DNA from: Spirochaetia bacterium | Lineage (GTDB): Bacteria; Spirochaetota; Spirochaetia; CADAEX01 | NCBI GenBank assembly: GCA_963662795.1 | Contig: OY759746.1 | Location: 2,752,001-2,816,000, forward strand | Direction of reading: 5' to 3' | DNA: 64,000 nt | Part shown: one piece after another, positions 1 through 9,496 of the stretch | Layout of the letters: every line of letters starts with the position of its first letter | Position numbering within the stretch: the first letter of the stretch is position 1 | The notes under the pieces: model-generated | What the model was told of the DNA's origin: nothing | The model's database searches: none | What the model saw: only the letters and a program-made list of their open reading frames with translations | Program-made: the position numbers and the translations under genes

Positions 1-665
1 TCCTGTTTCCATTATTCCGTTTGACAAGATTACCTCCACTTGGACACTTTTTTCTCCTTCCCTATCTTGTGATTGTTCTGTTTTCAATAACGAGATACAG
101 GCTGATGATGATAAATGTCCCTTTTACGGCAGATATCATTCTTAAAAACATAAACAACCTGGTTGCCCTTTTCGATGAGAAGGGGAATTTTGTATCCATG
201 AATGAAAGCGGCCTTGATATCCTTGGGTACGATGACACCTGCAGCGAACAGTGCTGCTTCTACAGCCTTTTCCTCGGGAGGGAAAAAGTATGGGATATGA
301 TTGACAAAAACAGTAAAGACAGCCATTCCGTAATCAATCAGGTTCTTTACCTGAGGGGCTGCAGTGGAATTGCGGTTCCCATGAATGTTTCAATAAAAAT
401 TATATTTGACGAGTTTGGCGATCATATAGGTTACATAGTAACAGGCAGCAGGCTTGATATGCTGGACAATGCAATGAAGAGGTTTGGTATAACAGAGCGC
501 GAAAAGACAATTTTGATGCTTCTGCTGCAGGGACTTGAGTATGCTGATATAGCAGAAAAACTTTACATATCCCAATTAACTGTAAAAACCCACATCCACA
601 ATATCTATGAGAAAACCGGAGCAAAAAACCGCTCACAGCTTATTAGAATATGTTTTATCCATTGA
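1..665 (+). CDS. Membrane-anchored PAS + LuxR-type HTH one-component regulator (5' end probably outside window)
   Basis: Hydrophobic segment, PAS-like region (ALFDEKGNFVSMNESGLDILGY), C-terminal LuxR HTH (ITEREKTILMLLLQGLEYADIAEKLYISQLTVKTHIHNIYEKTGAKNRSQL). Confidence 0.85.
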   Translation, partial: LFPLFRLTRLPPLGHFFLLPYLVIVLFSITRYRLMMINVPFTADIILKNINNLVALFDEKGNFVSMNESGLDILGYDDTCSEQCCFYSLFLGREKVWDMIDKNSKDSHSVINQVLYLRGCSGIAVPMNVSIKIIFDEFGDHIGYIVTGSRLDMLDNAMKRFGITEREKTILMLLLQGLEYADIAEKLYISQLTVKTHIHNIYEKTGAKNRSQLIRICFIH

Positions 666-895
666 TGAACTCAGAATAATAGTTTCAGGTAGGCTGGTTA
701 CAGCAAAAAATCCATGCATTGGTAAATTATCCCCGCTCAAACCCGTAAAATAAAATAACTCTGTATCTTTTTCTCTCAAAATACTCCGTATGGTCTATGT
801 CCGATATCCTTCTTAATTCCTATGTTTTAAGTAGGCTTTAAGGAAAATCTATACCCCTTAAAAAGGTGGAAAGCATATAGATGGAGGAGTAATTT

Positions 896-1951
896 ATGAA
901 AAATATAATAAAAAAAACAACTATTTTAATATCTCTGATAACTGCTGCGCTGATAATATTTACAGCCTGCGATATTGCAGGGAGCAGTTCATCATCATCA
1001 TCCTCAGCACCAGATGGGGATGTCCGGTCTATGACAGCCTTTACCATGGTAAATGTACCTGGAGGCCTCACTTTTCCGGCCAACCTGTTTGACAACATCA
1101 TTGAAAACGTAGCAAATGCTTACGCGATGGGGGAGACAGAGGTAACATACGAGCTCTGGAGCGAGGTTTATGACTGGGCAACAGCCGGCAGTGGTGATCC
1201 GGGTGCGGGAACATACACCTTTGCAAATTCAGGATCCCAGGGGGGAGATTTTATAGGGAGCGGACCGATTGGGACCAATCAGCACCCTGTAACCAGGATA
1301 AGCTGGAGGGATGCCATGATATGGATGAACGCCCTGACCGAATACTACAATGCTGTCCATGCTACTGCTTTAACTCCTGTCTACTATACAGATGCAGCTT
1401 TTTCTGTTCTGCAAAGAACTGTAACCGATTCAACTACAACAACGGAAGGGGTACCGGGAAGCCAGGATGCACCCTACGTCAAGCCTGGCGCCGACGGTTT
1501 TCGCCTTCCGACACAGCCTGAATGGGAGCTTGCAGCCCGGTATATCAATGATTCAAACAGCGATGGAGACATAATGGACGCGGGGGAGTTTTATCCCGGA
1601 GTTTTTGCAAGCGGGGCAGATGCCGCATACAACGTGACAGCCTCATCCGATTATGACGGTGACGGTGATATCGATAATACGGCAGATGTAGCGCTTCATG
1701 GAGCCGCCGGAGTTAACTCTACTATATCTGTTAAAGGTTTAAGCCCCAATGCCCTCGGGCTATATGATCTGAGCGGCAATGTCTCTGAATGGAGCTTTGA
1801 TGCCCATGGCGCCAATCCTGAAAACCGTATGAACCTCGGGAGCAGCTGGAGCTATTCCGCACAAATACTTCAGATAGGAACGTTTCTCAACAACAAGCCT
1901 TATCTGGCAGACGGCTCAATAGGTCTCCGTCCGGTAAGGAGTCTTGAATAA
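896..1951 (+). CDS. Lipoprotein with FGE-sulfatase/SUMF1 (C-type lectin-like) domain
   Basis: SD GGAGGAG; lipobox FTAC; motifs ETEVTYELW, HPVTRISWRDA, GFRLPTQPEWELAAR, PNALGLYDLSGNVSEW, IGLRPVR. Confidence 0.9.
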   Translation: MKNIIKKTTILISLITAALIIFTACDIAGSSSSSSSSAPDGDVRSMTAFTMVNVPGGLTFPANLFDNIIENVANAYAMGETEVTYELWSEVYDWATAGSGDPGAGTYTFANSGSQGGDFIGSGPIGTNQHPVTRISWRDAMIWMNALTEYYNAVHATALTPVYYTDAAFSVLQRTVTDSTTTTEGVPGSQDAPYVKPGADGFRLPTQPEWELAARYINDSNSDGDIMDAGEFYPGVFASGADAAYNVTASSDYDGDGDIDNTADVALHGAAGVNSTISVKGLSPNALGLYDLSGNVSEWSFDAHGANPENRMNLGSSWSYSAQILQIGTFLNNKPYLADGSIGLRPVRSLE

Positions 1952-1993
1952 TAAAATCCCGAACGGATAAGCCAGATTTCGAAGGAGAAAATT

Positions 1994-3046
1994 ATGAAGA
2001 TTTATAAAGAAAAAATAATAGTTATTCTGACATTGTCAATATTAACGATAATTCTGTCATCAGCCTGCGATCTGGGCGGAGGCGGAGGAGGCGATGAGCA
2101 GGCAGTCGATCTTACCGATCCTGACAGAATTTCCGCAGCCCCGGTTATTTCGCCTGAATCGGGTGAGCATTATCTTATAAGCGGGAATCAATTATTGATT
2201 ACTCTTGATGTGTCGGTTCCGGGAGCAGATATATTCTATACAACAGACGGCTTGGAGCCGACGAAGGATTCAACCCCCTACACGGCTCCTTTTCCCATCA
2301 GCGGCTCAAGCATGGTCCGCTCCATTGCTTATGAGGCAGGGAAAGAGGCGAGTGCCGTAACCGAAGCAGTGTTCACCATAATGGCGGCATCAGGGACTGC
2401 GGAAGCCCCTGTAATAAGCCCATCCGGAAGCGAACTCAATAATCCGGCAGAAATAACCATGTCAAGCGCGACGCCGGGTGCATCAATTTACTACACTACC
2501 GACGGCAGCGCACCCTCTGCCCTCTCGACACCATACACAGGCCCATTCACCATAGACGCTCCGGTTGAAAAAGTGAGAGCTGTTGCGGTAAAGACGGGAG
2601 AGGAACGCAGTTATGCACTTGAAAACTACAGTTTTGTCGCATCCGGCCCAACTGTAACCAGGAAGAGTCAATGGGACGGCGGTCACACCAGTATGAACTA
2701 CATAGTGACGGACGGAGGTGTCTTCAGTGCAGGGTATTATGAAGAGCCCGATCGGGGAACTAAACTTATAGCAACAACAGCTACAGCTGGTGGTGAAATT
2801 CGCTACACTATTGACGGAAGTACTCCCTCAGAATCATCAATTCTCCACACGGGGCAGCCGGTTGTGTGGTGGGAGAGGGCCGACACATCCGCCCCATATT
2901 ATCTTTATATCGCAGGAGAGAAGGTTACCGCGTCTGTAACCTTATCGACAGGGATGAAGATCCGGGTTTTCAGGGAGGGATATCTCCCCAGTCCTGTATT
3001 TACCATGGGGTTTTCAAAGGAAGCCCCGATACCTCGTCCGGATTAA
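1994..3046 (+). CDS. Lipoprotein with three chitobiase/beta-hexosaminidase C-terminal (Fn3-associated) repeats
   Basis: Lipobox SSAC; repeated IFYTTDGLEP, IYYTTDGSAP, IRYTIDGSTP. Confidence 0.85.
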   Translation: MKIYKEKIIVILTLSILTIILSSACDLGGGGGGDEQAVDLTDPDRISAAPVISPESGEHYLISGNQLLITLDVSVPGADIFYTTDGLEPTKDSTPYTAPFPISGSSMVRSIAYEAGKEASAVTEAVFTIMAASGTAEAPVISPSGSELNNPAEITMSSATPGASIYYTTDGSAPSALSTPYTGPFTIDAPVEKVRAVAVKTGEERSYALENYSFVASGPTVTRKSQWDGGHTSMNYIVTDGGVFSAGYYEEPDRGTKLIATTATAGGEIRYTIDGSTPSESSILHTGQPVVWWERADTSAPYYLYIAGEKVTASVTLSTGMKIRVFREGYLPSPVFTMGFSKEAPIPRPD

Positions 3047-3100
3047 AACCTGTGAGGGTGCGGCTTCCGGCAGATTGATTACAGATGGGGAAAAAATATA

Positions 3101-3151
3101 TTGACTGTATGGGGTTTTAATCTTAATATACTACCAAGTTAGTCTGAATTA
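3101..3151 (+). promoter_or_regulatory. sigma70 promoter of metY with overlapping putative Rrf2-family (CymR/IscR-like) operator
   Basis: TTGACT(3101)-17 bp-TAATAT(3124); imperfect palindrome AATATACTACCAAGTTAGTCTGAATT. Confidence 0.5.
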
Positions 3152-3180
3152 GTATGTATGAAAAATAAGGAGGCCGCAAT

Positions 3181-4476
3181 ATGGCAGATAAAAAATACAG
3201 GTTTGAAACATTATCCCTCCATGCAGGGCAGGTGCCGGACAGCAGTCTGTCGAGAGCTGTCCCTGTTCACAGGACAAGTTCATATCTGTTTAAAAATACT
3301 CAGCATGCTGCAAACCTTTTTGATTTAAAGGAACCTGGAAATATATATACCCGTCTGGGCGGCCCTACACAGGATGCGCTTGAACAGCGCATAACTGCCC
3401 TCGAAGGTGGAGTCGCATCAGTTGCCCTTGCCTCAGGCACTAGCGCAGTCAACTACGCAGTTGTTACAATTGCAAAACAGGGGGATGAGATAGTTTCCGC
3501 AAATAACCTTTACGGCGGAACATATACAATGTTTGATACGATTCTTCCCAATTTCGGAATCAGGACAAATTTTGTAGATCCGAAAAATCCTGATAATTTT
3601 GAGAAAGCAATAACGCCCAAAACAAAGATTGTCTATGTTGAAACAATGGGAAATCCTGTTCTTGATTTTACAGATATAAAAGCAGTTGCAGACATAGCCC
3701 ATTCGCATAATATCCCCCTTGTGGTGGATGCTACATTTACAACCCCGTATCTCCTTCAGTCAATTGAACATGGAGCAGATATTGTAATTAACTCTCTTAC
3801 AAAATGGATTGGAGGACACGGCACTGCTATCGGAGGAATAGTAACTGATTCAGGCAGGTTTGACTGGAAGAAGGGGAATTTCCCGATGTTCAGCGAACCT
3901 GACCCCAACTACCACGGACTTAAGTGGGCCTATGACCTTCCGCCGCAGCTTGCCCCTGCAGCATTCGCTCTCCGGCTCCGGACAGTCCCGTTAAGAAACC
4001 TGGGCGCGGCAATATCTCCGGATAATGCATGGCTTTTTATTCAGGGGGCGGAAACACTGTCTCTCCGCATGCAGAGGCATTGTGAAAACGCAATGAAAGC
4101 CGCGGAATTCCTCTCAAGGGATAAAAGGGTAGAGTGGGTAAGGTATCCCGGTCTGCCGGGTGATCCGTCGCATCAGACCGCGAAGAAATACCTTGAAAAA
4201 GGATTCGGAGGGATGGTTGTGTTCGGCATAAAAGAGGGATATCAGGCAGCGGTAAAGTTTATAGACAACATAAAGCTCTTCTCTCATCTCGCTAATGTGG
4301 GTGACGCGAAAAGCCTTGTCCTTCATCCGGCATCAACTTCCCATTCACAGCTGACAGAAGAGCAGCAGAGGTCCGGAGGACTTACACCCGATCTGATCCG
4401 GCTTTCAATCGGGCTTGAGCATATAGACGATATTCTCGAAGCGCTTGATGAAGGACTTGAAGCTTCCCGGAAATAA
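3181..4476 (+). CDS. metY: O-acetylhomoserine aminocarboxypropyltransferase/sulfhydrylase
   Basis: FETLSLHAGQ, GNIYTRL, PLP lysine motif SLTKWIGGHG, HLANVGDAKSLVLHPASTSH. Confidence 0.93.
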   Translation: MADKKYRFETLSLHAGQVPDSSLSRAVPVHRTSSYLFKNTQHAANLFDLKEPGNIYTRLGGPTQDALEQRITALEGGVASVALASGTSAVNYAVVTIAKQGDEIVSANNLYGGTYTMFDTILPNFGIRTNFVDPKNPDNFEKAITPKTKIVYVETMGNPVLDFTDIKAVADIAHSHNIPLVVDATFTTPYLLQSIEHGADIVINSLTKWIGGHGTAIGGIVTDSGRFDWKKGNFPMFSEPDPNYHGLKWAYDLPPQLAPAAFALRLRTVPLRNLGAAISPDNAWLFIQGAETLSLRMQRHCENAMKAAEFLSRDKRVEWVRYPGLPGDPSHQTAKKYLEKGFGGMVVFGIKEGYQAAVKFIDNIKLFSHLANVGDAKSLVLHPASTSHSQLTEEQQRSGGLTPDLIRLSIGLEHIDDILEALDEGLEASRK

Positions 4477-4505
4477 GGGGAGCGTCCGGAAATCAAGTAA
4501 TGGAT

Positions 4506-5237
4506 TTATAAAAAAAGCCTTTTCCCAAGCTCCCACACCATAGGAATAAATGTGGCCGGCAGCATGTTGGCTACATTTATTTTTTTTATTCCAAGAAGGT
4601 TAAGCCCTATGCAGAAAATGAGGGCTGAGCCTGTCATAGACATCTGGATAAGCACCTGATCTGTTACAAGCGGCCTGATAAATGTTGCGGCGGCAGTAAT
4701 TGCGCCCTGATAGACAATAACTGTAACAGCAGACAGCATGACTCCCGCCCCGTAGGCTGATGCGAAAATTATTGAGGCAATGCCGTCAAGAAAAGATTTT
4801 GCAAAGAGTGTTGCGGGGTTTCCCATCAGTCCGTCTTCAAGCGCTCCCACAACTGCCATTGCTCCCACACAGAACAGGATGCTTGCTCCGATAAACCCTT
4901 CTGTAAAATGGGAATCTCCAGATTTCGATAATTTAGTCCTCGCATAATTTCCTACCGCGTCAAATCCTTTGTCAATTTTGAGGAACTCTCCTATTACTGA
5001 GCCGATTACAATGGAAATGATCAGCATCATGATATCTGCCCTGTCAAGCATGCCGTCAGGTTTAACGCGGTATACTCCGGCAAGTGTTCCCGAGATACCT
5101 ATAAAGATTACAGCTATCCCCAGGCCGTCAGTAATTATGTTTTTTATTCTGTCAGGAAAACCTTTTCGTAAAAAAAGTCCAATAATGCATCCGGCAACTA
5201 CAGCCAGAGCATTAACCAGTGTACCAATGCCGGTCAT
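4506..5237 (-). CDS. DUF554 family membrane protein
   Basis: GTLVNALAVVAG, ILFCVGAMAVVGALEDGL, KSFLDG, multi-TM. Confidence 0.85.
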   Translation of the reverse strand: MTGIGTLVNALAVVAGCIIGLFLRKGFPDRIKNIITDGLGIAVIFIGISGTLAGVYRVKPDGMLDRADIMMLIISIVIGSVIGEFLKIDKGFDAVGNYARTKLSKSGDSHFTEGFIGASILFCVGAMAVVGALEDGLMGNPATLFAKSFLDGIASIIFASAYGAGVMLSAVTVIVYQGAITAAATFIRPLVTDQVLIQMSMTGSALIFCIGLNLLGIKKINVANMLPATFIPMVWELGKRLFL

Positions 5238-5328
5238 ATTTTCTCCAGTATTAAAAAAACTACAAAAACAATATTAAACCCTGAAATCGGGAAAGAAATC
5301 AAGGCGGAATTGTTTTATAATAATTATT

Positions 5329-5736
5329 ATGTACAGAATAGCGGCAGATTGTATATTGATCGTACACTCGCTTATTGTTTTTTTTATCATCGGCGGATTT
5401 CTTGTAATCATGGCCGGCATTATCCTCAGGAAAAGATTTGTCCGGAGGTTCTGGTTCCGTTTTATCCATCTGCTTGCGATTATCTATATTATTGCTGAAA
5501 CCTGGATCGGCAGACTGTGCCCGCTAACCGATCTTGAGGGTTTTTTTCGCAGTAAAAGCGGAATGAAATCCTATTCAGGGACATTCATCAGCCATTGGCT
5601 TCAAAAGCTCATTTATTACGATTTTGATCTTATCGTATTTCAGACTGCATATACAGCCTTCGGCATACTTGTTCTGCTCCAGTGGATTATAAGACCGCCT
5701 GATTCTCCTTTCAGGAGAGACACCGGAATAAAATAA
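5329..5736 (+). CDS. DUF2784-like membrane protein
   Basis: ADCILIVH, CPLTDLE motif, FISHWLQKLIYYD. Confidence 0.75.
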   Translation: MYRIAADCILIVHSLIVFFIIGGFLVIMAGIILRKRFVRRFWFRFIHLLAIIYIIAETWIGRLCPLTDLEGFFRSKSGMKSYSGTFISHWLQKLIYYDFDLIVFQTAYTAFGILVLLQWIIRPPDSPFRRDTGIK

Positions 5737-5796
5737 TTTCCACTCTTAAGTATTATTAGTTTGCTGAATATGCATGTTTTACATTATATTAATCCT

Positions 5797-6855
5797 ATGA
5801 AGAAATTACACTCGGAATTTAATTTAAAGAATTTAACTCTTAGAAACAGGATTGTAATGCCGCCGATGTGCATGTACTCATCAGATGAAAGCGGTGATGC
5901 CAAAGAAGAATGGCACCTGAATCATTACGAGACACGCTCTGTAGGTGGTGCCGGCCTTATTATTGTTGAAGCGACAGCAGTTGAAAGCCGCGGTCGGATA
6001 TCAGCCCGGGATCTTGGAATATGGGATGACTCTCATATAAAAGGATTGTCAGAAATAGTAAAAAGGGTCAAAAGGCATGGCGCCGCAGCAGGAATTCAGC
6101 TTGCCCATGCCGGGAGAAAATGCACGGTAAATCATGAAGACATAATAGCGCCGTCACCGATTAATTTTGATCCGGCAGATACCTCTTATTCAAATCCCAG
6201 AGAAATGGATGAAAAAGATATTAAATATGTCATCAATTCGTTCAAAAAAGGGGCTCAGAGGGCGCTTGAGGCCGGTTTTGATATTATTGAGATTCACGGA
6301 GCTCACGGATACCTTATAAACGAATTTCTTTCCCCTGTCACAAACAGGAGAAATGATGCATCGCCTTATGGCGGTGCATACGGCGGAAGCGCTGAAAACA
6401 GGGTCCGATTCCTGCTTGAAATAACAAGGGAAGTAAGGAAGGTCTGGCCGGAGGAAAAACCGGTATCGCTCCGTATTTCTGCAAAAGATTATATGGAAGG
6501 GGGTAATGAACCGGAAGACCTTGCAGAGATGATTAATCTTGTGAAAAATGAGGGGATAGATATTGTTCATGTAAGTTCAGGCGGTGTAGATGCGAAAGCA
6601 GTTCTTCATCCTTTTCACGGCTATCAGATTCCGGCTGCCAAGATAATCAGAAGGGAAACAGGGCTTCCTGTTATTGCCGGCGGGCTTGTAACAGATTCTT
6701 CAATGGCGCAGGAGATAATCAGAAACGGAAGGGCGGACCTTGTTTTTTTAGGAAGGGAGCTGCTTAGAAATCCTTATTTCCCTCTGCAGGCGGCAAAAGA
6801 GCTGCGCAGCGAAATTAATTACAGGCCGGTGCAGTACGAAAGGGCATATTTGTGA
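5797..6855 (+). CDS. namA: NADPH dehydrogenase / old yellow enzyme (NamA/YqjM-like)
   Basis: NRIVMPPMCMYS, IQLAHAGRK, EIHGAHGYLINEFLSP, C-terminal PVQYERAY; ATG at 5797 preferred. Confidence 0.9.
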   Translation: MKKLHSEFNLKNLTLRNRIVMPPMCMYSSDESGDAKEEWHLNHYETRSVGGAGLIIVEATAVESRGRISARDLGIWDDSHIKGLSEIVKRVKRHGAAAGIQLAHAGRKCTVNHEDIIAPSPINFDPADTSYSNPREMDEKDIKYVINSFKKGAQRALEAGFDIIEIHGAHGYLINEFLSPVTNRRNDASPYGGAYGGSAENRVRFLLEITREVRKVWPEEKPVSLRISAKDYMEGGNEPEDLAEMINLVKNEGIDIVHVSSGGVDAKAVLHPFHGYQIPAAKIIRRETGLPVIAGGLVTDSSMAQEIIRNGRADLVFLGRELLRNPYFPLQAAKELRSEINYRPVQYERAYL

Positions 6856-6889
6856 TAAAACATGTATAATTAATAACAGGAGAAGCATT

Positions 6890-7327
6890 ATGGAGAAAAT
6901 ATTTTCAAAAAAACCCGGTCTCAAAGCAGGCGATAACATTACTATTCAGAAAAAAGTGACAGAAGAAGATACTGCATTAAAATACGGTTCAGGAAAGCTT
7001 AAGGATCTTCTTGCAACTCCTAGTCTTGTCGCTCTTATGATCGAAGGGTCTGTTCAGTTGCTCGATTCAAAACTATCTGATGGTTTTATATCGGTTGGCA
7101 AGCAGACCTATGTTGTTCATGAAAAACCGACTATAATCGGTGAAACTGTCAGCATAACTGTGGAAATAACTGAAATTGAAAACAACCGCTTTCATCTTAA
7201 AATGACAGCTTATGATGAGTCGGGTGTAATCGGATTCGGCAAGCATACAAGAACGATTGTCAATGAAAAATGGCTGATGCTTAAAATCCAGAAACAGAAA
7301 AAAAATCTGGTTAGCATGAATTATTAG
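6890..7327 (+). CDS. Hotdog-fold thioesterase (fluoroacetyl-CoA thioesterase-like)
   Basis: VTEEDTALKYGSG, LATPSLVALM, VHEKPT. Confidence 0.75.
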   Translation: MEKIFSKKPGLKAGDNITIQKKVTEEDTALKYGSGKLKDLLATPSLVALMIEGSVQLLDSKLSDGFISVGKQTYVVHEKPTIIGETVSITVEITEIENNRFHLKMTAYDESGVIGFGKHTRTIVNEKWLMLKIQKQKKNLVSMNY

Positions 7328-7332
7328 GAGTT

Positions 7333-7683
7333 TTATCTGTAAGCTCTGCTGATGAAAAATACTCCGGCAATTATAAGCGCAGCGCCGATAACTTTAAACA
7401 GGTTAACTGGTTCATTGAGAAAAACGGCGGAAGCGATAATAACGCCGATATAGGATATGCTTGCGGCAGGGTAGGCTATGCTTAACGGGAGAACTTTAAG
7501 TACATGAAGCCAGATTACAAAGCTCCCGATATAGCATAAACCTCCGGCAATGATCGTGTAGCTTGAGATAATATTCCTGAAAGTAACTGCCTGTGTCTGC
7601 ATCAGCCCTTTTTTCATCAGTACCTGTCCGCAAAGGGTAAAAGTGACTGTTAAAAGCAGAAGGAGAAAACTTTTTAGATTCAA
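7333..7683 (-). CDS. Small EamA/SMR-like (ArnE/F-type) transporter
   Basis: GQVLMKKG, LPLSIAYP, FLNEPV, 4 TM; TTG at 7683 with GGGGT SD preferred over 7746. Confidence 0.75.
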   Translation of the reverse strand: MNLKSFLLLLLTVTFTLCGQVLMKKGLMQTQAVTFRNIISSYTIIAGGLCYIGSFVIWLHVLKVLPLSIAYPAASISYIGVIIASAVFLNEPVNLFKVIGAALIIAGVFFISRAYR

Positions 7684-7926
7684 TTGATTTACCCCCGGAA
7701 TCTTTCCATATCTATCAAGTGTAGACCTAAAATTCTCTATTATCAATCAGGATTATTCTGATTGATATTTTTTCCAAATTTGCCGGGTTATGCTAACTGC
7801 TGTCTGCTATCCGAAAACTCATGCCGGGTGGAAAAAAATATCAGTATTTTATGCTGTCATCTGTATTAATTGGTTGAAAAAAAATATATTTACGTTATAT
7901 TAAAAAACAGAAAGGAGAATTAAATT

Positions 7927-8034
7927 ATGGGAAAATCGCAGGACGCAAAAAAAGATGAAAAGAAAAAACCTTTAAAAACTCCAAAAGAAAAAAAACTGGA
8001 AAAAATGGAAAAGAAAAAAGAAAAAGGTAAATAA
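7927..8034 (+). CDS. 35-aa lysine-rich small protein (not in ORF track)
   Basis: SD AAAGGAG at 7911; MGKSQDAKKDEKKKPLKTPKEKKLEKMEKKKEKGK*; terminator downstream. Confidence 0.7.
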   Translation: MGKSQDAKKDEKKKPLKTPKEKKLEKMEKKKEKGK

Positions 8035-8100
8035 AACAGGTGTTATTGATAAACTGACAAAAATCGGTAATGATGAATTAATTTATTTTAAAAAAATCAG

Positions 8101-8149
8101 AAAAAAGGATATTCTGCAGTTAAATTTAATGCGGAATATCCTTTTTTTT
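8101..8149. terminator. Intrinsic terminator (bidirectional type)
   Basis: AAAAAAGGATATTCTGCA...TGCGGAATATCCTTTTTTT. Confidence 0.75.
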
Positions 8150-8186
8150 ATTGACTAAGAACAGGAAGTATCTGGTATATTCTCTT

Positions 8187-8648
8187 ATGGAAAGAACACT
8201 CGTCATTTTGAAACCTTCCGCTGTTCAGCGGGGACTTATCGGAGATATCATAACCCGTTTCGAGAAAAAAGGACTTATGCTGTCCGGAATGAAGATGGTC
8301 TGGCTCAGCGATGAACTTCTTACAGAGCATTACGCACATCTTAAGGAAAAAAGTTTTTTTAAGCGCATCAAGGATGCGATGAGGGTCTGTCCTGTACTTA
8401 TCTGTTGTGTTGAAGGAATAGACGCTGTTCATGTAATAAGGACGATGGTAGGCCCTACAAATGGACGCGATGCCCTGCCTGGAACCATAAGGGGCGATTT
8501 CAGCATGAGTATCCAGGAGAATCTTGTTCATGCTTCCGATTCAGTCGAGGCAGCGGAGATTGAATTAAAAAGATTTTTTACGAATGGTGAAATATATGAA
8601 TATGTTCCGCAGCTTATGAGAAGCCTTTATGCCAATGATGAAGTTTAA
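8187..8648 (+). CDS. ndk: Nucleoside diphosphate kinase
   Basis: MERTLVILKP, PGTIRGDF, NLVHASDS catalytic His. Confidence 0.95.
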   Translation: MERTLVILKPSAVQRGLIGDIITRFEKKGLMLSGMKMVWLSDELLTEHYAHLKEKSFFKRIKDAMRVCPVLICCVEGIDAVHVIRTMVGPTNGRDALPGTIRGDFSMSIQENLVHASDSVEAAEIELKRFFTNGEIYEYVPQLMRSLYANDEV

Positions 8649-8673
8649 GGAATGTTAACAGGGAGAAGATAAA

Positions 8674-9474
8674 ATGAAAAAGATTATTTTAACTGTTTTT
8701 GTTGTTTTTTTATTATTCCCGCTCTTTACTGTTTCAGGAGAAGAAGCAGGGGATAACGGATTAAATTACAACAATGACCTGCTTATGGGAATTCTCTGGC
8801 AGCAGAACTCAGGCGAATATGCTGCGCTCTGTTATCAGGCTTTCAATGCAGGTAAAAGCTACCTCCTGTCTCTGGGTAAAGGGGGAAAGAAGGCTGTTGT
8901 CTTTGACATTGATGAAACAATGCTTGATAACAGCAAATATGCCGCCTGGATGGTCAAAACCGGAAACAACTGGGGTTTTGATACCTGGGAAGATTGGTGC
9001 AATTCAAAAGAAGCAGATGCTGTTCCAGGCGCGCTTGATTTCGCCTCTTTTGCGGAAAAAAACGGATTTGAGGTTTTTTACGTATCAAACCGGCCATCCT
9101 CTGTTCTTAAAAGTACTATGGAAAATCTCACCTCCCTCTCATTTCCCAACGCTGATTCCGATCATCTTTTTCTTATGGAAAAAACTTCCGATAAGAAACC
9201 AAGGCTTGAAAAGATAAGAGAAAAAGGATTTGAAATTGTCCTTCTTGCGGGTGATAATCTTGATGATTTTGAAAGCTCTATTCGTAAAAAAAATAATGAA
9301 GAAAGAAAAAATTTTTCAGATAACAATATTGATGAATTCGGAACAAACTGGATAGTCCTTCCCAATTCTGTTTACGGTACTTTCGAAGCTGCAATCAGGG
9401 GCGATTATTATTCGCTTACTGCCCGGGAAAAATCCGCGGCAAGACTTGAAATGATAAAAACCTGGGAGCGGTAA
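8674..9474 (+). CDS. Class C acid phosphatase / 5'-nucleotidase e(P4) family
   Basis: WQQNSGEY, FDIDETMLDNS, YVSNR, GDNLDDF, IVLPNSVYG; signal peptide. Confidence 0.9.
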   Translation: MKKIILTVFVVFLLFPLFTVSGEEAGDNGLNYNNDLLMGILWQQNSGEYAALCYQAFNAGKSYLLSLGKGGKKAVVFDIDETMLDNSKYAAWMVKTGNNWGFDTWEDWCNSKEADAVPGALDFASFAEKNGFEVFYVSNRPSSVLKSTMENLTSLSFPNADSDHLFLMEKTSDKKPRLEKIREKGFEIVLLAGDNLDDFESSIRKKNNEERKNFSDNNIDEFGTNWIVLPNSVYGTFEAAIRGDYYSLTAREKSAARLEMIKTWER

Positions 9475-9496
9475 GCCATCTGTAATTAAATATTAA

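Noticed and set aside
845-885. Hairpin upstream of the FGE lipoprotein as a c-di-GMP riboswitch
   Set aside because: Lacks the GGCAAA/GAAA-tetraloop two-stem consensus.
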